NCBI GenBank assembly: GCA_023230565.1
Contig: JALNXD010000015.1
Span: 7,410 to 71,409, forward strand
Origin: Syntrophales bacterium
GTDB taxonomy: Bacteria; Desulfobacterota; Syntrophia; Syntrophales; UBA2210
DNA: 64,000 nt
Direction: 5' to 3'
A program made the translations under genes and the position numbers. How positions within the stretch are numbered: the first letter of the stretch is position 1; every line of letters starts with the position of its first letter. The notes below the pieces were generated by a model. That model ran no database searches. It was not told the origin of the DNA and saw only the letters and a list, made by a program, of their open reading frames with translations. This document shows, in pieces, positions 45,157 to 55,307 of the stretch.

Positions 45157-46840
45157 AAATCCTCGTTACTCTGAATACTTCCTCGATGGTAGTAATTCCA
45201 TCCAGGACTTTTCTTGCACCATCCTGCACCAATGTCACCATTCCCTCTTTTACCGCCTCCTTGCGTATCTGATTTGAATCGGACGTGCCGAGGACAAGTT
45301 TTTTGAGTTCATCACTGAAAGGCATCATTTCAAATATCGCACTTCTTCCTCTGAAGCCGGTGTTCATGCAGGCGGAACAGCCGGCACTTCTATATACAGT
45401 CGGCAATTCGCTCTCTTTGGCACCTATTCCTATTTTCATGAGAGAATGGCTGTCCGGAACGTATGGCTCTTTGCAATGGGGGCACAGGACCCTTACAAGA
45501 CGCTGGGCTATTACTGCCAATACTGATGACGATACTAAAAAAGGCTCTATTTCCATATCGATGATCCGGGTAATTGCACTTGCCGCATCATTCGTGTGCA
45601 GAGTGGAAAAAACAAGATGTCCTGTAAGTGATGATTGTATGGCAATCTCGGCAGTTTCCTTGTCCCGGATTTCTCCGACAAGAATCACGTCCGGATCCTG
45701 CCGCACGATTGATCGCAATCCTCGGGCGAACGTCAGATCTATCTTAGGATTTACCTGGATCTGCCCGATTCCTTCCATCTGATATTCAACCGGATCTTCA
45801 ATAGTAATGATATTGATCTCCGGATTATTTATTGTCGAAAGTGCGGCATAAAGCGTTGTCGTCTTTCCGCTTCCCGTTGGCCCTGTCACCAGAATTATTC
45901 CGTGGGGAGAAGTAATAAGATCCATAAAAAGAACAAGCCTGCCTTCGTCTATGCCGAGATCATTCAACTTGAAAATCATTCCCGTCTTGTCCAGAAGCCT
46001 CAGCACTACCCGCTCGCCAAAGGAGGTGGGTATTACCGATACACGAATATCGATTGATTTGTCGCCGATTTTAATGTCTATTCTTCCATCCTGGGGAAGC
46101 CTTTTTTCGGCAATATTGAGTTTCGCCATTACTTTGACTCTTGATACGAGCGATGACTGAATCTTCTTCGGAAGGTTGAGAATATTATAAAGAACCCCGT
46201 CTATCCGGTATCTTACAATGAGAGTATTCTGATACGGTTCGATATGGATATCGCTTGCTCTCTCTTTTACGGCGCGGGACAGCATGATATTGACAAGCTT
46301 GACCAAAGGAGCATCACTTGTATCATCAAGAAGGTCCGCCGTTTCTTCGATTTCGGAAATAATGCTGTCCGGTGATTCTTCATTTATATCCTGGATAAAT
46401 TCTTCCGCTGATTGCCCCCCCTGATCATAGGCTTGATTGATAGCGGATAGAATCGCCACCTGTGTCGACAAGATCACCGGTGCCTCTTCCCATTCAAGGA
46501 TATGCCTCAGATCATCGATAGGCTGGAGATCTGTCGGATCAAGTACTGCGATATACTTTTCTTCTGAATTTTCCAGCGGCATCATTTTATGTTTTTTCAG
46601 ATATTGTATGGATACTTTTCTTGTAAAATCAGTTTTAATATCGGACGCGGGAATTTCTTGTTTAACAGAAATCCCGAAACGGCGGCTCATTGCTTTTAAA
46701 AAATCGTGCTCCGACACATTTTTTTTCGAAATAAGTACATCGGCCACACTGATGCCCTGGTTACGGCTGATCTCCCGCGCTTCATCGATTACGGCATCTA
46801 TGGAATTATCAGCTTTTTGCAACTCAATACGTTCCGCCAT
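45155..46840 (-). CDS. gspE: Type II secretion ATPase GspE
   Basis: Walker A GPTGSGKTT, Asp box, Walker B DPDVILVGEIRD, His box, and tetracysteine CPHC...CSAC. The N-terminal GspE_N-type domain is present. Confidence 0.9.
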   Translation of the reverse strand: MAERIELQKADNSIDAVIDEAREISRNQGISVADVLISKKNVSEHDFLKAMSRRFGISVKQEIPASDIKTDFTRKVSIQYLKKHKMMPLENSEEKYIAVLDPTDLQPIDDLRHILEWEEAPVILSTQVAILSAINQAYDQGGQSAEEFIQDINEESPDSIISEIEETADLLDDTSDAPLVKLVNIMLSRAVKERASDIHIEPYQNTLIVRYRIDGVLYNILNLPKKIQSSLVSRVKVMAKLNIAEKRLPQDGRIDIKIGDKSIDIRVSVIPTSFGERVVLRLLDKTGMIFKLNDLGIDEGRLVLFMDLITSPHGIILVTGPTGSGKTTTLYAALSTINNPEINIITIEDPVEYQMEGIGQIQVNPKIDLTFARGLRSIVRQDPDVILVGEIRDKETAEIAIQSSLTGHLVFSTLHTNDAASAITRIIDMEIEPFLVSSSVLAVIAQRLVRVLCPHCKEPYVPDSHSLMKIGIGAKESELPTVYRSAGCSACMNTGFRGRSAIFEMMPFSDELKKLVLGTSDSNQIRKEAVKEGMVTLVQDGARKVLDGITTIEEVFRVTRI

Positions 46841-46841
46841 G

Positions 46842-49079
46842 CTATTTGCCCTTCCGGTTGCTTTTGATTATCCCTTCTTCCATCGTATCGATACTGATCT
46901 TTTTCTCATCATAGATGCTCTTGGCTTCCAAGGGGTTTTCAACAATATGGGGTGTGATGAAGATGAAGAGATTTCTCTTCTCTTTGCGCTCTGAGCGATA
47001 CCTGAAAAGATTACCCAGATATGGAATATTGCCCAGACAGGGAACCTGATATTTCGTATTTGTGACATCATCTCCTATAAGGCCGCCAATGACAATGGTA
47101 TTATTATCTTTGATAGTCACAGCTGTCTTGGCCGTCCGTTTCAAGGTGGTCGGCCTGAATGCCACACTTTCTCCCGACGTAACCACTTTCGTGAGTTCCT
47201 GATAAATATTGAGCCTGACGAACCTCTCCTGGCTTATCTGGGGCGTCAGCCTCAGCGTGACACCCACGTCCTTATATTCGTAAGAACTGTAGTCGACGAG
47301 AGCTGATGAAGTTTCCGATCTGGTTTGATACGGAATATTCTCGCCTACATGTATTTCCGCCTCTTCATTATCGAGGGTCATGATTTGCGGAGTTGAAAGA
47401 ATATGGACATCCTGATCTCTTTCAAATGCCTGAAATATGGCCCCTAAATTCGGAAAAAAAAGATCGCCGATTTTGATAGTCTCTCCAAGAACCCCCAATG
47501 AAAATCCCTGGGGAAAGTTGATAACCCCGGTTGAGTCTGGTTTTGGTATTATGCCTCCGCTTTTGAAGGCTCCCCCGAAAACTTTTGTTCGTCCGTCTGA
47601 ACTCAAGTAGTCGCCGGCGGTCCATTCGACTCCCAGGTCGAAATCCCTGTTTACATTGACTTCCATAATAAGGGCTTCTATGAAAACCATCGGGCGGGGG
47701 ATATCAAGTTTTCTGATTACATCTTCCAAAACGAGGTAATCGTCTCGATCGGCCGTGATAATGAGCGAATTCGTTGACTTGTCGGACACAACGTTCACAT
47801 CCTTCGATACAACAGGAGCCATACCCTTTTCAGCCGTTTTTTCATCCTGCTTCGAAGGAAGATTCATGAGAACCTTCGTCAGTTCTTCCGCATCGGCATT
47901 TTGCAATCTGTATACCCTGATTTTATCTTCTCCTCTGGGGATTTCCCTGTCCAGAAGCTTTAAAAGCTGCCGAATTCTTTCCGTATCGTTTTCGCTGGCA
48001 ACGGCGATAAGGGAATTGGTCCGTTCATCAGCTACAATCTTGACCGGCGGTTCGATCGATCCTTTCTGATCCTTTGCAGTTTTCTGAAATATCTGGTTCA
48101 TCGATTTAGTGATATCTTCCGCCGCCGCATATTTCAGCGGAATAACGGCAATCTGTTCTTCTATCCCTTCAATATCCAGAGCGTCAATGATAGTAAGAAG
48201 CCTTTGTATATTTGAAAGCACATCAGTCACCACCATCATCCCTGTAGGAGGATAAGAAAGAATAACGCTCTCCCTCGAAACAAGAGGAGTCAGAACCTTC
48301 TTCATCTCATTCGGATTCGCGTATTTAAGGGAGATGATCTGGGTCACGACTCTGTCTTCCGGAGTAATCGACCCTTCCTTCAGCCGTGTTTCCACACTTT
48401 TTTCCCGCGCATCTTTCACAGGTATTATCTTAGTAATATCTCCTGCATCGACAGCCGTATAGCCGTGCACCTCCAGAACCGATTCAAATACTTTATATGC
48501 CTCTTTTACTGAAATTTTTCTAGGCGAAACAATGGTCACATTTCCCTTTACGGCTCTGTCGACTACAAAGTTTTTCCCCGCCAATTCGCTCATAAATTTG
48601 ATAAAAACCCGGATATCGACATCGTCAAAATCAATTGTAACAAACTGACCTTCTTTAGATGAGCCTTCGGATACCGTTTTTCCATCATTTTTCCCTGCAC
48701 TTTCACCAGGCGGGGAACTCTTTTTCACCTGCTCAACCGGGGGTTTTGCGAAAGGGGTTACAGGCGCCGTTTTGGCACTCTGAGGAACACCAGGTCTGGC
48801 TGCCGGCCTGGCTGTTCGAGACGGAGGCGGTGCAGGCTGCCTTGAAGTCCTCTCTTTCATTTGAGGTTGTATCTCCGGCGCAACAGATTTTCCTTCTTCC
48901 GTGGTAGGAACAACCGAATCTTCTCCCGTCACCCGCGCGGCTCCTGCATCTTTTACAGTCAGGCAAAAGAAAATACACACCACCGTCACTAAAGAAATCA
49001 GATATATTCTTGTATGTTTACTCACAACATGGGCTCCTGTATGTTTCGTTTTTCGACCGAAGTGCACCATTAAATGCAC
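46842..49079 (-). CDS. gspD: Type II secretion secretin GspD
   Basis: N0 domain (VTIDFDDVDIRVFIKFMSELAGKNFVVDRAVKGNVTIVS), N1-N3 repeats, and a C-terminal secretin core (...TIVIGGLI...VPCLGNIPYLGNLFR). A Pro-rich linker follows the signal/anchor. Confidence 0.9.
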   Translation of the reverse strand: MHLMVHFGRKTKHTGAHVVSKHTRIYLISLVTVVCIFFCLTVKDAGAARVTGEDSVVPTTEEGKSVAPEIQPQMKERTSRQPAPPPSRTARPAARPGVPQSAKTAPVTPFAKPPVEQVKKSSPPGESAGKNDGKTVSEGSSKEGQFVTIDFDDVDIRVFIKFMSELAGKNFVVDRAVKGNVTIVSPRKISVKEAYKVFESVLEVHGYTAVDAGDITKIIPVKDAREKSVETRLKEGSITPEDRVVTQIISLKYANPNEMKKVLTPLVSRESVILSYPPTGMMVVTDVLSNIQRLLTIIDALDIEGIEEQIAVIPLKYAAAEDITKSMNQIFQKTAKDQKGSIEPPVKIVADERTNSLIAVASENDTERIRQLLKLLDREIPRGEDKIRVYRLQNADAEELTKVLMNLPSKQDEKTAEKGMAPVVSKDVNVVSDKSTNSLIITADRDDYLVLEDVIRKLDIPRPMVFIEALIMEVNVNRDFDLGVEWTAGDYLSSDGRTKVFGGAFKSGGIIPKPDSTGVINFPQGFSLGVLGETIKIGDLFFPNLGAIFQAFERDQDVHILSTPQIMTLDNEEAEIHVGENIPYQTRSETSSALVDYSSYEYKDVGVTLRLTPQISQERFVRLNIYQELTKVVTSGESVAFRPTTLKRTAKTAVTIKDNNTIVIGGLIGDDVTNTKYQVPCLGNIPYLGNLFRYRSERKEKRNLFIFITPHIVENPLEAKSIYDEKKISIDTMEEGIIKSNRKGK

Positions 49080-49141
49080 TACACTTACAATTCTTTGGCT
49101 TCATGCGGCCTTCTCAATTTCGACCGCGAAATTCATATCTT

Positions 49142-49840
49142 CTATTCGGCAACCGGCAGATCAACGAGATTTTTAAAATCTTTTGAATCGCGAAATGTTT
49201 CCAGGTCTCTATCATTTCTTGCCCAGTTTTTCACATCATCATTAAGCCGGATTGCCTTTTTTAAATATTCCAGACTTTTTCCCGTATTCCCCGCTCCTGC
49301 ATAAAAACAAGCCAGATTGTAGAAAGGGTCAGCATAATCCGGGTTGAGGCCGATTGCTTTTTCAAAGAGTGCTTTCGCCAATTCCCTCTTTTCCCCTGCG
49401 AGATATACTACACCGAGGTTATTAACCGCAAAGACATGGTCCGGATCTTTTTCAAGGATTTCATTATAGAGAGCTTCCGCTTTTTTCAGGGATCCTTTTT
49501 TATGGCTGGAAAGCGCATTCTGATAAAGTATCTCGACTTCATTTCCGAGATTTTCCCGGTCCATCTTTTCCACCGCCTTATCAGTTTGCCTGCTGATCGC
49601 CGGAGCCGGCACTTGCCCTCCCCTTTCCGTCTTCGCATTCCATTGAAAATGATATCCTAGCAGCCCCAAAGCAGACAAGGAAAGCAAAATAAAAGAAAAT
49701 ACCGAAAGCTTTCGTATAAAATATCTGTGCTTTTTAAACCCCGGTCCCGAAATAATACCGCTATATTCCCCATAGAGACTATCCTTCTCTTTTTGCGCTT
49801 TCTTTAAAGCATCATGAATATAGCTCACGGGCGCCCCCAC
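49142..49840 (-). CDS. gspB: GspB-like N-terminus + TM + TPR-repeat protein
   Basis: The N-terminal SYIHDALKKAQKEKD matches the GspB/ExeB SYILDALKK motif. It has a single TM followed by TPR repeats, and it overlaps gspA by 16 nt. Confidence 0.55.
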   Translation of the reverse strand: MGAPVSYIHDALKKAQKEKDSLYGEYSGIISGPGFKKHRYFIRKLSVFSFILLSLSALGLLGYHFQWNAKTERGGQVPAPAISRQTDKAVEKMDRENLGNEVEILYQNALSSHKKGSLKKAEALYNEILEKDPDHVFAVNNLGVVYLAGEKRELAKALFEKAIGLNPDYADPFYNLACFYAGAGNTGKSLEYLKKAIRLNDDVKNWARNDRDLETFRDSKDFKNLVDLPVAE

Positions 49841-50787
49841 AAGAGAAAAAGAGAAAGCCCGCGTATTATGGCATCATGAAATAAGGTGAAACACAGGGCA
49901 CACAGCATACCTGTCAGGGAAATAAAGAGAACCAACGGTGCTTTTCTCTTTTTGAACCCCTCCCTTCCTAAATATCCCGGGCCGATATCGGCGACTGCCT
50001 TATTGAGCACGTTTTTATCTATAACCGAAAGATTATCTGCATAGGCAATGAGAAGCGCTCTGTCACAGATCACATTGATCCTGCGGGGATTTCCTTGCGA
50101 GTATCGATAGATAATCTTGCGGGCGCTGCCGGCGAAACTCACATACTCTTCTTCTCCGCAGGCCACTTTCATACGATGATCTATATAGGAAACCACCTGG
50201 TCCTTGCCGAGTGCCGTCAATTCATATCGCACGGCAATCCGCTCATTGAGCTGACTGAGAGATGGCGCCCCGAGAATATCCGTCAATTCCGGCTGACCTA
50301 TCAGAACAATTTGAAGGAGCTTTTCACGTTCAGTTTCAAGATTTGAGAGCATCCGGATCTGCTCCATTACGGGCGGGGACAAATTTTGGGCCTCGTCAAT
50401 CAACAAGAGTGCATTTCTTCCTTCTGCAAAATTTCTCAGCAGAAAGCGGTTCAGGGCATCGAGATACCGTTTTCGCGTCGGTTTTCCGCGTCCCATTTTT
50501 ATCCCGAATTCCTGCCCGATCATCCCCAGTAGTTCTATAGCGGATATCGCGGGATTGAAAATGAGCGCCGTATCGACATTTGTATCCATTGTTGCCAGAA
50601 GAGATCTGCAGATAGTGGTTTTCCCCGTACCGATCCCGCCTGTAATCACTATAAACCCTTTTCTTTCTTTAATCCCGTAAATGAGATAGTTCAGCGCATC
50701 ACGATGCTGCGGGCTCAGGTAGAGATACCGAGGATCGGGAGTCAGATTAAAGGGATTTTCTTTTAGACCGAAAAATGATCCGTACAT
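49825..50787 (-). CDS. gspA: ExeA/GspA-type AAA ATPase
   Basis: FFGLKENPFNLTPDPRYLYLS N-terminus, Walker A GGIGTGKTT and Walker B LLIDEAQ, typical of ExeA/MshM. A C-terminal TM is present. Confidence 0.8.
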   Translation of the reverse strand: MYGSFFGLKENPFNLTPDPRYLYLSPQHRDALNYLIYGIKERKGFIVITGGIGTGKTTICRSLLATMDTNVDTALIFNPAISAIELLGMIGQEFGIKMGRGKPTRKRYLDALNRFLLRNFAEGRNALLLIDEAQNLSPPVMEQIRMLSNLETEREKLLQIVLIGQPELTDILGAPSLSQLNERIAVRYELTALGKDQVVSYIDHRMKVACGEEEYVSFAGSARKIIYRYSQGNPRRINVICDRALLIAYADNLSVIDKNVLNKAVADIGPGYLGREGFKKRKAPLVLFISLTGMLCALCFTLFHDAIIRGLSLFLLWGRP

Positions 50788-50797
50788 GAGAATGCTT

Positions 50798-51649
50798 TTA
50801 TTTGTTGAACGTATACTGCAGGGTCTCCTGCCTTCCTCGACGTTTAATATTGAGAGTTATCTCGGAGCCTGTCTCCAGTTTTCCGTACATATCTATTACC
50901 TCCTTCGGGCTGCCCAAAGGATCGCCGTTTATTCCCTGAATAACATCGCCGTTTTGAAGTCCCATCTTTTGGAAGAGGCTTCCCGGCGCGATCCTGCTGA
51001 CCATGAAACCGTCAGGCTTCCCACCCGAAAAATATGGACGCACACGCACCTGGGACATTATTTTTGTCACATCCTTCAGTGCCTCATCAATAACATCTTT
51101 ATCTACTGAAATTTTCCGGGGCACTTCCGATTCCGCCGGACGGCCGCCTGCAGTTTTGGGACGTTCCTTTTTCTGATCTTCCATAGCAAGAATTTCATCC
51201 TTGTCCCCGACCCGAAGTATCACGCGCGTCCGCATTATCTTCTTTATCGTCGCATCACTCACGATATCACCGACTCGAAAGAGCCCCTGGTTCCGTTTAC
51301 CCTGCTCCTCAATTACGGCATAATCGAATTTATCACTTCCCGAAACAGTACCTAAAAGGGCGAGTTTCAGCTTGGTCGGTTCCAATTCGTCCACATCGAT
51401 CGCCGCCTCTTCTTCTTGCGCCTCTTTTTTTTCCGCGGAACCGAACAGATTTCTTGCCGAGATAATTTCAAATGCATCAAGCGGCTCTTTATTAAAAATC
51501 CGGTCGGCAGAGCTCTTTTCAACAATCCTTTCCTGTTTTTTTACCGAAGAAACTGTCCTCAGAATCACGCTATAAAAAATATCCACCGTCAGGTAAGAGA
51601 TTGCCGTGATCGCGAAGAGAATAAATACTATACGATATGACGATTTCAT
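50798..51649 (-). CDS. gspC: Type II secretion protein GspC (TM + HR + PDZ)
   Basis: N-terminal TM and a C-terminal PDZ (GFMVSRIAPGSLFQKMGLQNGDVIQGING...). It lies upstream of gspA/B/D. Confidence 0.7.
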   Translation of the reverse strand: MKSSYRIVFILFAITAISYLTVDIFYSVILRTVSSVKKQERIVEKSSADRIFNKEPLDAFEIISARNLFGSAEKKEAQEEEAAIDVDELEPTKLKLALLGTVSGSDKFDYAVIEEQGKRNQGLFRVGDIVSDATIKKIMRTRVILRVGDKDEILAMEDQKKERPKTAGGRPAESEVPRKISVDKDVIDEALKDVTKIMSQVRVRPYFSGGKPDGFMVSRIAPGSLFQKMGLQNGDVIQGINGDPLGSPKEVIDMYGKLETGSEITLNIKRRGRQETLQYTFNK

Positions 51650-52473
51650 CAGTTTTTCCTTATATTTATCGCAGGCCCGGCCATGGTGCCGCCGACAGAC
51701 AGAGGAATTTTTCTATTCAGAGCAGGCACATGAATAAAGCCTTTCAGAGCGATCCTCGTCCTTTCGGCACTGCCGTCGAGATAGATGTTTCCATTTAATT
51801 CAGCGTTCATGTCATTTCCGATCATTGTAAGCGAATTCACTTTCAACGTCCTCGTCTGCAGATCGCCCTTAGCTTCAATTCGATCGAATGCAACCGTATC
51901 GAAGCCGAGAATATTTTCAATGAGTTCTATATTACCGTTAAAAAGGGTCCCTTCAAAGCGTCCTGAACCGTCAAGCAGGCCACCCGTAACTCCTTCGAAA
52001 TCGCCGGTCCCTTTAAAGTTTCCTTCCAATCTTCTTCCAAAGGCCTTTTGAATCCAATCGCACTTCCCTATGTCGATATTTTGGAAATCGCCCGTAAATG
52101 TAACCGGCCCCGAAAGCGAAAAACGGTTTCTCATTATCATGCGTGCCTTTATGCTGCCGCCGTACGCGCTTCCTTCTATTCTCACAGCAGCTTTCCCTTT
52201 CAGCAGGTTTTTAATCGAAGGCACTACTTTCATGGCATCTATTATTACCGGTGCATGCGTTCTTCCATTAAAGTGTATTTTGCAGTTCTTCAGGCTGACG
52301 GTCGAAGGGAATATGAGTGAGGAGGAATCAATTGTGACGCCGGCATTTATGTATTTCATTGCCGCCGATTCCAGATAACTTTTAAAAAGCCCTGAGGGAA
52401 ATAGAAAGAAAAGAAAAAATACCGTAATGGCAATCCCGTAGAGCGTATATCCGATCCACCCTCTTATTCTCAT
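51649..52473 (-). CDS. gspN: GspN-like type II secretion protein
   Basis: N-terminal TM followed by a Gly-rich beta-rich body (GNFKGTGDFEGVTGGLLDGSGRFEGTLFNGNIEL), resembling the Leptospira/deltaproteobacterial GspN variant. It overlaps gspC by 1 nt. Confidence 0.5.
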   Translation of the reverse strand: MRIRGWIGYTLYGIAITVFFLFFLFPSGLFKSYLESAAMKYINAGVTIDSSSLIFPSTVSLKNCKIHFNGRTHAPVIIDAMKVVPSIKNLLKGKAAVRIEGSAYGGSIKARMIMRNRFSLSGPVTFTGDFQNIDIGKCDWIQKAFGRRLEGNFKGTGDFEGVTGGLLDGSGRFEGTLFNGNIELIENILGFDTVAFDRIEAKGDLQTRTLKVNSLTMIGNDMNAELNGNIYLDGSAERTRIALKGFIHVPALNRKIPLSVGGTMAGPAINIRKN

Positions 52474-52484
52474 AATCAGTCTCT

Positions 52485-52556
52485 TTGTTTCGTCCGGTTC
52501 ACTGTTTCGTCCGGTTCACTGGTTCATCCGCTTCATCTCGTTCATCCGGTTTGTTT
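52485..52556 (-). repeat. Array of four ~17-18-bp direct repeats, gene-sense core A(C/G)CGGA(T/C)GAA(A)C, upstream of gspN
   Basis: The plus strand reads TGTTTCGTCCGGTTCAC x2, then degenerate GGTTCATCCGCTTCATC / TCGTTCATCCGGTT. It sits 12-85 bp upstream of the gspN start. Confidence 0.6.
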
Positions 52557-52712
52557 GAACTTCAAACGGTGCTCCAAAATATTCAGCGTTCCTTGCAAAT
52601 ATCGAGCTTTTAATCAAATATTTTTGTCACCTTATACAAGGAAAGGGTAATCTATGTCAAGGACAGATGGCGGGTGGCAACAGGACCCTGATTCGGGAAG
52701 AAATTCTTCTCT

Positions 52713-55121
52713 TTAATCCCTTATACCGGAGATTCGCTGCAAAATCAGAAGAACGTCGGATAAATCTATCTTTCCGTTGCAGGTAATGTCGATCCGGCCG
52801 GGGGATTGACCGAGAGGAAAGCCCGACAGGAAACGCAACGCTTCAATAGCCTCGGCAAGTCCTACCGGCTCGATACCGGCAAGATCGATATCGAGAAGGG
52901 ATGCGACATCGGATGTATTCATGATCAAATCTGGACATTTGACAAAAAGATAATATGAATCGTTTTCATTTTCAATAAGCTCGTAATATCCGCCGGCACC
53001 GCCCGGGTTTTCTTCAAGCGAAGCTCCGATATTATAGATATCCCTGCTGAAAGGATGTTCAATGCACTCGTCCGCTAGAGGAGAAACAGGTGATATAATA
53101 AATGAATTATCGGATGTTGAAACAGAGCTGTAAAAACCTTGATTTGCATACCCGTTCTTTCCCTTGATCGTAGAGGTGCCTTCCAATATGACCCTGAAGG
53201 TATCGAACTGGTCTCGTGCAGCAAAAAGTCCCCTTAAAACGAATTCGCTGCCGTAGACAGTCTTTTCATCGGACACCATTACCACAAAGGACTTTTCAAC
53301 ACTCTTTCCTCCTGCAGTGGCCGTTACGGTAATTGTCGCCGCTTTATTCAGACTTCCCGTCAGAGGAGTGACAGTCAAGAGATCTCCCGTAAAGGCCGCC
53401 GCAACGGCTGAAGGATTGGTGGAACTGACTTCAAGGGTCAGATCGTCGCCGTTGCAGTCTCTGGCATCGATGCGGATGACCTGAGAGGACGGCGGCTCTC
53501 CGTCCAGGACGATATCGGGCAGATCACTCAGAATTGCGGGCGGGCTGTCCAGAGAGGCATCGATAGTCGCAACTTCTTCGGAAGTCATGGAAGTCGTCGC
53601 AATTTCAACCGTATAGGAATTATTCCCCTGCTCGAAGGGCCAGTAGCTGCTCCCTTCGTGAAGAGAAACGACCATGCGATACTTTCCGGAAGGCAGGGTA
53701 ACCGGGGCGGCGGCGATTCCGGACGCCTGTGTTCCGTCCAATCGAAGGATAAGAGCGCCGTCGAAAAGGTCATAGAGAGAAATGAAAAATCCGACATTGC
53801 CGTACTCCCAGCCGCGCACGGCCGTAATAGCGGTTTCCCCCTTCAGGTACACCTCGAAACGGTCTGCGTCGAGACCGCTGTCAAACTGTCCGGTGACGGT
53901 AAAACCCTCCATTCCGTCCCCATCTTCCAGATTGCGGCAGCAGTCGCCTGCGATTTCGCTGCATGGAATCACATTTGTATAGATTTTCAGAACAGGCGCA
54001 AAATCATACCCTCCGGTCTCCACTACTCTGTCAAGATAGTAGAAGTTGTCATCTGTTCCGCCCCATCCCATATTGACATGTATCTTGTCTCCTTCAGAAC
54101 CGGAGCTGTAACCATCGGCAACGACCATGTGCGCAGCCGGATATTCCGGGGAACCGAGAAAAGACAACAGTACCGGATTATCCCGGCCGATCTCGCTTTT
54201 CAGCGCATTCAGGAATGCTTCTGCATCAGAATTATTAATTTCCGCAACCGCCGAGGAATACCCGAAGTGTTCCTGGAGGGCGGCAATATGGGGAGAGGCC
54301 GACGACCCGGAGATGCCGAAGGATGTTTCATTAATTATTGCAAGATCCAGAAGCAGAAGAGCGATTTCATCGACCTCATGTTCAGGCGTATTGCCTGCAA
54401 TAATCGAGGGCATACGGTCCCAGTCGAAAGACCTGTCGAGGACCGCTTCCAGCGGCTCTCCGTTCCACATATGAACGGCCGCCCCGGACCCGCGCGCTGG
54501 AAAGCGGTAATACCGCATCAGCTGGGCCATAGCGACATTGACGCACCCTGCCGCGACCCGCTCACCTTCTATCCTCGGGAGGAACTTGTTATAGGGATAG
54601 CCCTGAGCCCATTTCGTCTGCAGCAGCCACTGATCGGGCGCCGGGATATAAAGGGGCGACTTCATCAAGTGGTATGTCAAAAGGAAGTCCCATCGCGCCT
54701 CCGTTTCAGTCGATCCTGCGCCCTGCACGGTTACAAGAGAAGCCGCGGCCCGGGCGTTATACTCCATCTCATTTAATAGATACTCGCGGTACCAACCCGG
54801 AAGCTCGGTAAAATTGGCTGAAAGCGAGTAGGCCTTAACAGGCGTGAAATGCCGTGAAGCGGCGACAAGGACATAACCGCCTCCTGCAAGATGCGCGAGA
54901 AATGCCGTCTCTATCTCAGGTAACAATGGGGCTGTTTCATTTCTGAAAATCAGTTCTGCGGCAAGAATTTCCTTGCCGCTTTTTATATAGGAAAGAAAAT
55001 TCTCAACTATTATAGTGTAATCTTCGGATTCGGCACAGGCATGATGAACACCGGAAAAAGAAAAAATAAGAAGTGTAAGAACCGTAGAAAAAATAATCGT
55101 TCTGCGAATCGTGTTCTTCAT
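52713..55121 (-). CDS. Secreted C10-family (streptopain-like) cysteine peptidase with I69-type propeptide, Ig/cadherin-like modules and dockerin-like tail
   Basis: Signal peptide from ATG 55121 (MKNTIRRTIIFSTVLTLLIFSFSG). Propeptide GGGYVLVAASRHFTPVKAYS. Catalytic Cys context WAQGYPYNKFLP...AAGCVNVAMAQLMRYY and His context AAHMVVADGY. The tail is DITCNGKIDLSDVLLILQRISGIRD. Confidence 0.8.
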   Translation of the reverse strand: MKNTIRRTIIFSTVLTLLIFSFSGVHHACAESEDYTIIVENFLSYIKSGKEILAAELIFRNETAPLLPEIETAFLAHLAGGGYVLVAASRHFTPVKAYSLSANFTELPGWYREYLLNEMEYNARAAASLVTVQGAGSTETEARWDFLLTYHLMKSPLYIPAPDQWLLQTKWAQGYPYNKFLPRIEGERVAAGCVNVAMAQLMRYYRFPARGSGAAVHMWNGEPLEAVLDRSFDWDRMPSIIAGNTPEHEVDEIALLLLDLAIINETSFGISGSSASPHIAALQEHFGYSSAVAEINNSDAEAFLNALKSEIGRDNPVLLSFLGSPEYPAAHMVVADGYSSGSEGDKIHVNMGWGGTDDNFYYLDRVVETGGYDFAPVLKIYTNVIPCSEIAGDCCRNLEDGDGMEGFTVTGQFDSGLDADRFEVYLKGETAITAVRGWEYGNVGFFISLYDLFDGALILRLDGTQASGIAAAPVTLPSGKYRMVVSLHEGSSYWPFEQGNNSYTVEIATTSMTSEEVATIDASLDSPPAILSDLPDIVLDGEPPSSQVIRIDARDCNGDDLTLEVSSTNPSAVAAAFTGDLLTVTPLTGSLNKAATITVTATAGGKSVEKSFVVMVSDEKTVYGSEFVLRGLFAARDQFDTFRVILEGTSTIKGKNGYANQGFYSSVSTSDNSFIISPVSPLADECIEHPFSRDIYNIGASLEENPGGAGGYYELIENENDSYYLFVKCPDLIMNTSDVASLLDIDLAGIEPVGLAEAIEALRFLSGFPLGQSPGRIDITCNGKIDLSDVLLILQRISGIRD

Positions 55122-55307
55122 GGGAACCAAGTACCTTTCTTGTAAAACGTGCGCGAATTGAGGCATCTTATGCGGGAGAAGAGGAAAAAGCAAGATATAA
55201 ATCAGGTGTTTATGTAAATGATTATGATGTATTTCACAGTAACTCTCTTTTTCTTTGGCAGTGATCTTCAAGGGATAATCTGGTAAAGTGGCTCTGATTT
55301 TTTATCC

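Noticed and set aside
53658-54776. 372-aa plus-strand ORF inside the C10 peptidase gene
   Set aside because: It is fully antisense to a gene with clear C10 catalytic motifs. It has no RBS or domain signal of its own, and its product has an Arg/Ile/Pro-rich, low-complexity look typical of shadow ORFs opposite a long gene.
55122-55271. ORF-track N-terminal extensions (for example 55122..55271, 3883..3954, 6526..6624, 7514..7618, 11723..11839, 8913..8945, 39102..39146, 21619..21642)
   Set aside because: In each case an internal ATG is preceded by a good RBS and starts a signal peptide or the conserved domain. The extensions overlap upstream genes or regulatory sites such as the sigma-54 promoter and the FNR box. 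Starts were moved accordingly, but remain predictions.
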